A stretch of DNA of 39,031 nt, taken from IMG/VR virus record IMGVR_UViG_3300005805_000006, positions 1 through 39,031 of that record; one strand, given 5' to 3'. Position 1 is the first letter of the stretch. The number at the start of each line of letters is the position of its first letter. A program made the position numbers and the translations under genes. This DNA comes from a virus. Taxonomy: Duplodnaviria; Caudoviricetes. This document shows, one piece after another, positions 36,286 through 39,031 of this stretch. Under the pieces are notes generated by a model. It was not told the origin of the DNA, ran no database searches, and saw nothing but the letters and a program-made list of their open reading frames with translations.

Positions 36286-36851
36286 TGGCATTTGATTTAT
36301 CGCACTATGAAACGGTGGCAGAAAGATTACAACGCGCACTGACTGACCACCCTGACTTGAGAATAATTACAGAGATTGTGGACATTGCGCGTGACCCACA
36401 AACACAACGCCCATTGCAATATGTGGTCAAAGCATCTTTGTATTATGGCGATGTTCTGAAGGCTGTTGATTACGCTGAGGAAGTTGTTGGCTCAAGTCAT
36501 ATCAACAAAACCAGCGCCCTTGAAAACGCCTCTACAAGCGCCGCAGGGCGTGCATTAAGCCTTGCGGGTTACATGGGTACAGACCCAAACACTAAGAAGC
36601 CTGTACGCCCAACAAAACTTGATATGGAGAAAGCAGAACGCGTCACAACGACTGCTCCTAAAGTTGTTGAGCAAAAGATTACAGAGGCTCAACTAAAAGA
36701 AGCAGAGATGGCGATTGCTTTGGCTGATACCGCAACATCATTAGAGCAACTTAAAGGCATTTACACCCAATATGCGTCATTGAAAGATGTGCGCACAAAT
36801 GGTGTAACGCTTTTGGACATTGTAAATAGAAAGAAGCGTGAATTTGCATGA
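36285..36851 (+). CDS. Putative ssDNA-annealing recombinase (Rad52/Sak/ERF-like)
   Basis: YETVAERL...ALENASTSAAGRAL...G motif; AGGAGG RBS; lies upstream of an exonuclease. Confidence 0.6.
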   Translation: MAFDLSHYETVAERLQRALTDHPDLRIITEIVDIARDPQTQRPLQYVVKASLYYGDVLKAVDYAEEVVGSSHINKTSALENASTSAAGRALSLAGYMGTDPNTKKPVRPTKLDMEKAERVTTTAPKVVEQKITEAQLKEAEMAIALADTATSLEQLKGIYTQYASLKDVRTNGVTLLDIVNRKKREFA

Positions 36852-37126
36852 GCGACAAACAAAAGAAATTTGTTCCCTCCGCTGGATACATAGTTAGCGT
36901 GCATCAAAACGCGCTTGGTATTCGCGCAGTTGCAAAAGAACTTGATGTGTTTCCTGAAGTCTTAGCAGAAGCGATGGAGCGAGCAGGATTCCAAATGTCG
37001 GCAGACCCGTTTGATTTATCAGCCGATGCAGGCAAGTTGATTCAGTTACAAAATCGCCAGGAGGCACAAGGACTACATGTAGTAAAGGAAAAAGATGGCG
37101 CAGATAGTAACTCCACAACAGATTGA
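36848..37126 (+). CDS. Hypothetical protein (possible HTH)
   Basis: GIRAVAKELDV; ATGA overlap. Confidence 0.6.
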   Translation: MSDKQKKFVPSAGYIVSVHQNALGIRAVAKELDVFPEVLAEAMERAGFQMSADPFDLSADAGKLIQLQNRQEAQGLHVVKEKDGADSNSTTD

Positions 37127-37460
37127 GGCTCGCCTCTACTCGCTATCAAAAGAAATTGATGGCGCTCATGAGGAACTTAATCAATGCGAATCTGAGTATC
37201 ACGCTAAGAAATCAGAGTATGAGGTTTCTATGGCGCGTACCCGTATGAGTTATGCAAGTAAATCTTCGCCAACTGGCAAGAATTACACAATCCAAGAGCG
37301 CGATGATTTGGCGTTATTGGAGAATGAAAAATTACACTTTGAGGCAAACATAATTGAGGCAAGAGTGAAAGCGGCGCGTAACAATGTTGCGCGTTTGCGG
37401 GTACAGGTTGATTTGACCCGTAGCATGAGCGCCTCAGTTAGAACGAGCATGGACCTATGA
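37095..37460 (+). CDS. Coiled-coil hypothetical protein
   Basis: Helical heptad pattern; located in the recombination module. Confidence 0.65.
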   Translation: MAQIVTPQQIEARLYSLSKEIDGAHEELNQCESEYHAKKSEYEVSMARTRMSYASKSSPTGKNYTIQERDDLALLENEKLHFEANIIEARVKAARNNVARLRVQVDLTRSMSASVRTSMDL

Positions 37461-37627
37461 CAACATTTCTATTGGTCGCGCTCGCCTCTTTCATCAGTTA
37501 TTACATAGGGCGTAGGGTTGGAATTACTTACGCCATGATGCGTATGCAGGGAATTATTTACGACATGCAACAAATCCAAATGTTCTACAAACAAAAACAA
37601 CAAAACTGGAATGAGGATAAGTTGTGA
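37457..37627 (+). CDS. 56-aa membrane microprotein
   Basis: MTTFLLVALASFISYYIGRRVG...; overlaps both neighbours. Confidence 0.55.
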   Translation: MTTFLLVALASFISYYIGRRVGITYAMMRMQGIIYDMQQIQMFYKQKQQNWNEDKL

Positions 37628-38292
37628 TTGATTTACAAGATATGGTTGTTAAGTCCTTGCGAGGTTATGACGCGAGCCGCTCACGCTCAACACAGGTTGA
37701 AGTAGGTCCTTCTTCTCTTGGTGGTTGTTCTAGGCGCGTATGGCATGACCTAAAGCAAACTCCTAAGGTCAATCAAACAGAAACTTTAGGCGCAATCTTG
37801 GGAACTTTTATACATTCAGGAATGGAAAAGGCTATGCAACGCCTAGACCCATTTGGCGACAATTTCATGATTGAGATTGAACTTAATCACCCTGAAATTA
37901 GAGGTCATTGTGATTTATTCATTAAGGACCTTGGATTAGTTGTTGATTTCAAAACCAAGACCAAAAGCAGTATGCGTTACTTGGGTAAAGACCAGGAACA
38001 ATGGCAGATACAGGTTTACGCATGGTTGCTAGAACAGCAAGGTTATGAAGTCAAAAATGTTGCTCTTGTGGGGATTCCCCGTGATGGCAAAATGACGGAC
38101 ATAAAAATATGGCAAGATGAATACAAACCACATGTTGCTCAAGAAGCGCTTGAATGGTTACGCAATCTTAAACAGTGGGCGGCAACAGATGACCAACCGC
38201 CCGCGCCCCAACTCTTTGTAACTTTTTGCAGAGATTATTGCCCGTACTTTGACCCGTCAGGAGAAGTAGGTTGCCCAAGTACAATGAAATAG
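37624..38292 (+). CDS. Cas4-like PD-(D/E)XK exonuclease
   Basis: GPSSLGGC.R, GTFIH, D...DFKT, QIQVYA and C-terminal CxxYC...C. Confidence 0.85.
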   Translation: MIDLQDMVVKSLRGYDASRSRSTQVEVGPSSLGGCSRRVWHDLKQTPKVNQTETLGAILGTFIHSGMEKAMQRLDPFGDNFMIEIELNHPEIRGHCDLFIKDLGLVVDFKTKTKSSMRYLGKDQEQWQIQVYAWLLEQQGYEVKNVALVGIPRDGKMTDIKIWQDEYKPHVAQEALEWLRNLKQWAATDDQPPAPQLFVTFCRDYCPYFDPSGEVGCPSTMK

Positions 38293-38621
38293 ATTGGCAA
38301 AAAGCCGCTTGTAGAGATTCTGTTTACACGGATATTTTTTACAATGTGGAAGAAGAAAGAAGCATTGTTGCGTACGAATACATCAATGCTTTGCGGACAA
38401 TCTGTTTAGCCTGCCCAATTTGGAAAACTTGTTTGACCTACGCCATGGAGCATGAGGACTATGGCGTATGGGGCGGCATGACAAGTGTTGAGCGTTATTC
38501 ATTCCGTAATCCCAAGAAGTATCCAAACCAACAGAGGCGAGCGCTTTTTGCTTTTGAAGAAGTTGGGATAAGTTATAGCGACATTATGGAATGTGTTAAA
38601 GATACGAAGGAGAAGCAATGA
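38271..38621 (+). CDS. whiB: WhiB-family transcription factor
   Basis: W..AAC...ICLACPI...CL.YA....YGVWGG....ER: four Cys plus the G[VI]WGG turn. Confidence 0.95.
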   Translation: MPKYNEIDWQKAACRDSVYTDIFYNVEEERSIVAYEYINALRTICLACPIWKTCLTYAMEHEDYGVWGGMTSVERYSFRNPKKYPNQQRRALFAFEEVGISYSDIMECVKDTKEKQ

Positions 38622-39031
38622 GCATTATTCGCTCACCTAGAGTAGAAACTAATTTCAGTGTTATCTCAAATTCCGTCATCAGAGATACGCGCCTGAGTTA
38701 TCGTGCAAGAGGTGTACTGCTAGACATCTTGAGCCGCCCTGATAACTGGCGCATATCGGCGGATTCTTTGGCGCGGTCAGGTTCAGAAGGTCGCCACGCA
38801 ATCCTGACCGCACTAAAGGAACTGCGAGAGGTGGGATATATGCGGACACAAAAATTGCGCAAAGATAATGGGCAATTTGAAACCGTAAGCATTGTTTATG
38901 ACACGCCAAATTATGAGGCAACCGAAGTCCAAAAACCGACTTCTGGTTACCCGCAGTCGGAAAACCGCACTCCTTTAGAAGTACTATCTAAGAAGAACTT
39001 AGATACAAACCTGTTTGAGGAATTTTGGAAG
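38618..39031 (+). CDS. Replication initiator / replisome organiser, N-terminal winged-HTH part (continues through the junction to 462; 258 aa in total)
   Basis: ATG 38618 overlaps the whiB stop (ATGA) and has an AGGAG RBS. It reads MSIIRSPRVETNFSVISNSVIRDTRLSYRARGVLLDILSRPDNWRISADSLA...ALKELREVGY, typical of phage Rep N-termini. The ORF track missed it because it crosses the contig end. Confidence 0.85.
   Translation, partial: MSIIRSPRVETNFSVISNSVIRDTRLSYRARGVLLDILSRPDNWRISADSLARSGSEGRHAILTALKELREVGYMRTQKLRKDNGQFETVSIVYDTPNYEATEVQKPTSGYPQSENRTPLEVLSKKNLDTNLFEEFWK
38933..39031. repeat. 99-bp terminal direct repeat (copy 2)
   Basis: Identical to bases 1-99. Confidence 0.95.

Noticed and set aside
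37624-38292. CRISPR-Cas system
   Set aside because: This is a solo Cas4-like nuclease, which is common in phages; I saw no array or other cas genes.
1-39031. tRNA genes, introns/inteins, alternative genetic code
   Set aside because: I saw no cloverleafs in the short intergenic gaps, and the core genes are uninterrupted and of normal length under code 11.

Overview
The window is a complete, circularly assembled dsDNA tailed phage genome of siphovirus type. It has 38,932 bp of unique sequence; bases 1-99 are repeated at 38933-39031. Almost all genes are on the + strand. WhiB, an Rpf/SLT-like transglycosylase, GAAAGG-type RBSs and the tail-gene style suggest an actinobacterial host, plausibly a low-GC freshwater lineage (inference). 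Gene order: (36103) ssDNA-annealing protein, Cas4-like nuclease, WhiB, replication initiator spanning the contig junction, RusA, many small early genes, transglycosylase, HNH, SSB; then TerS, TerL, three fibre-like genes, portal, a MuF fusion carrying metallopeptidase and ADP-ribosyltransferase-like domains, protease/scaffold, capsid, tail module with a -1 frameshift, lysis genes, DUF6378 and a metallophosphoesterase. I found no integrase, repressor, DNA polymerase, methyltransferase, RT, tRNA or CRISPR array. The most unusual signal is two structured intergenic RNAs in the late operon whose hairpin loops are exact reverse complements of early-gene translation-initiation regions. Loop GCCTCCAT (34109-34116) matches the ATGGAGGC RBS of four early genes. 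Loop TACGCCTTC (22658-22666) matches GAAGGCGTA directly before the ATG at 36103. Together they form a candidate late-to-early antisense shut-off system. All calls come from reading the sequence by eye; no database searches were run.
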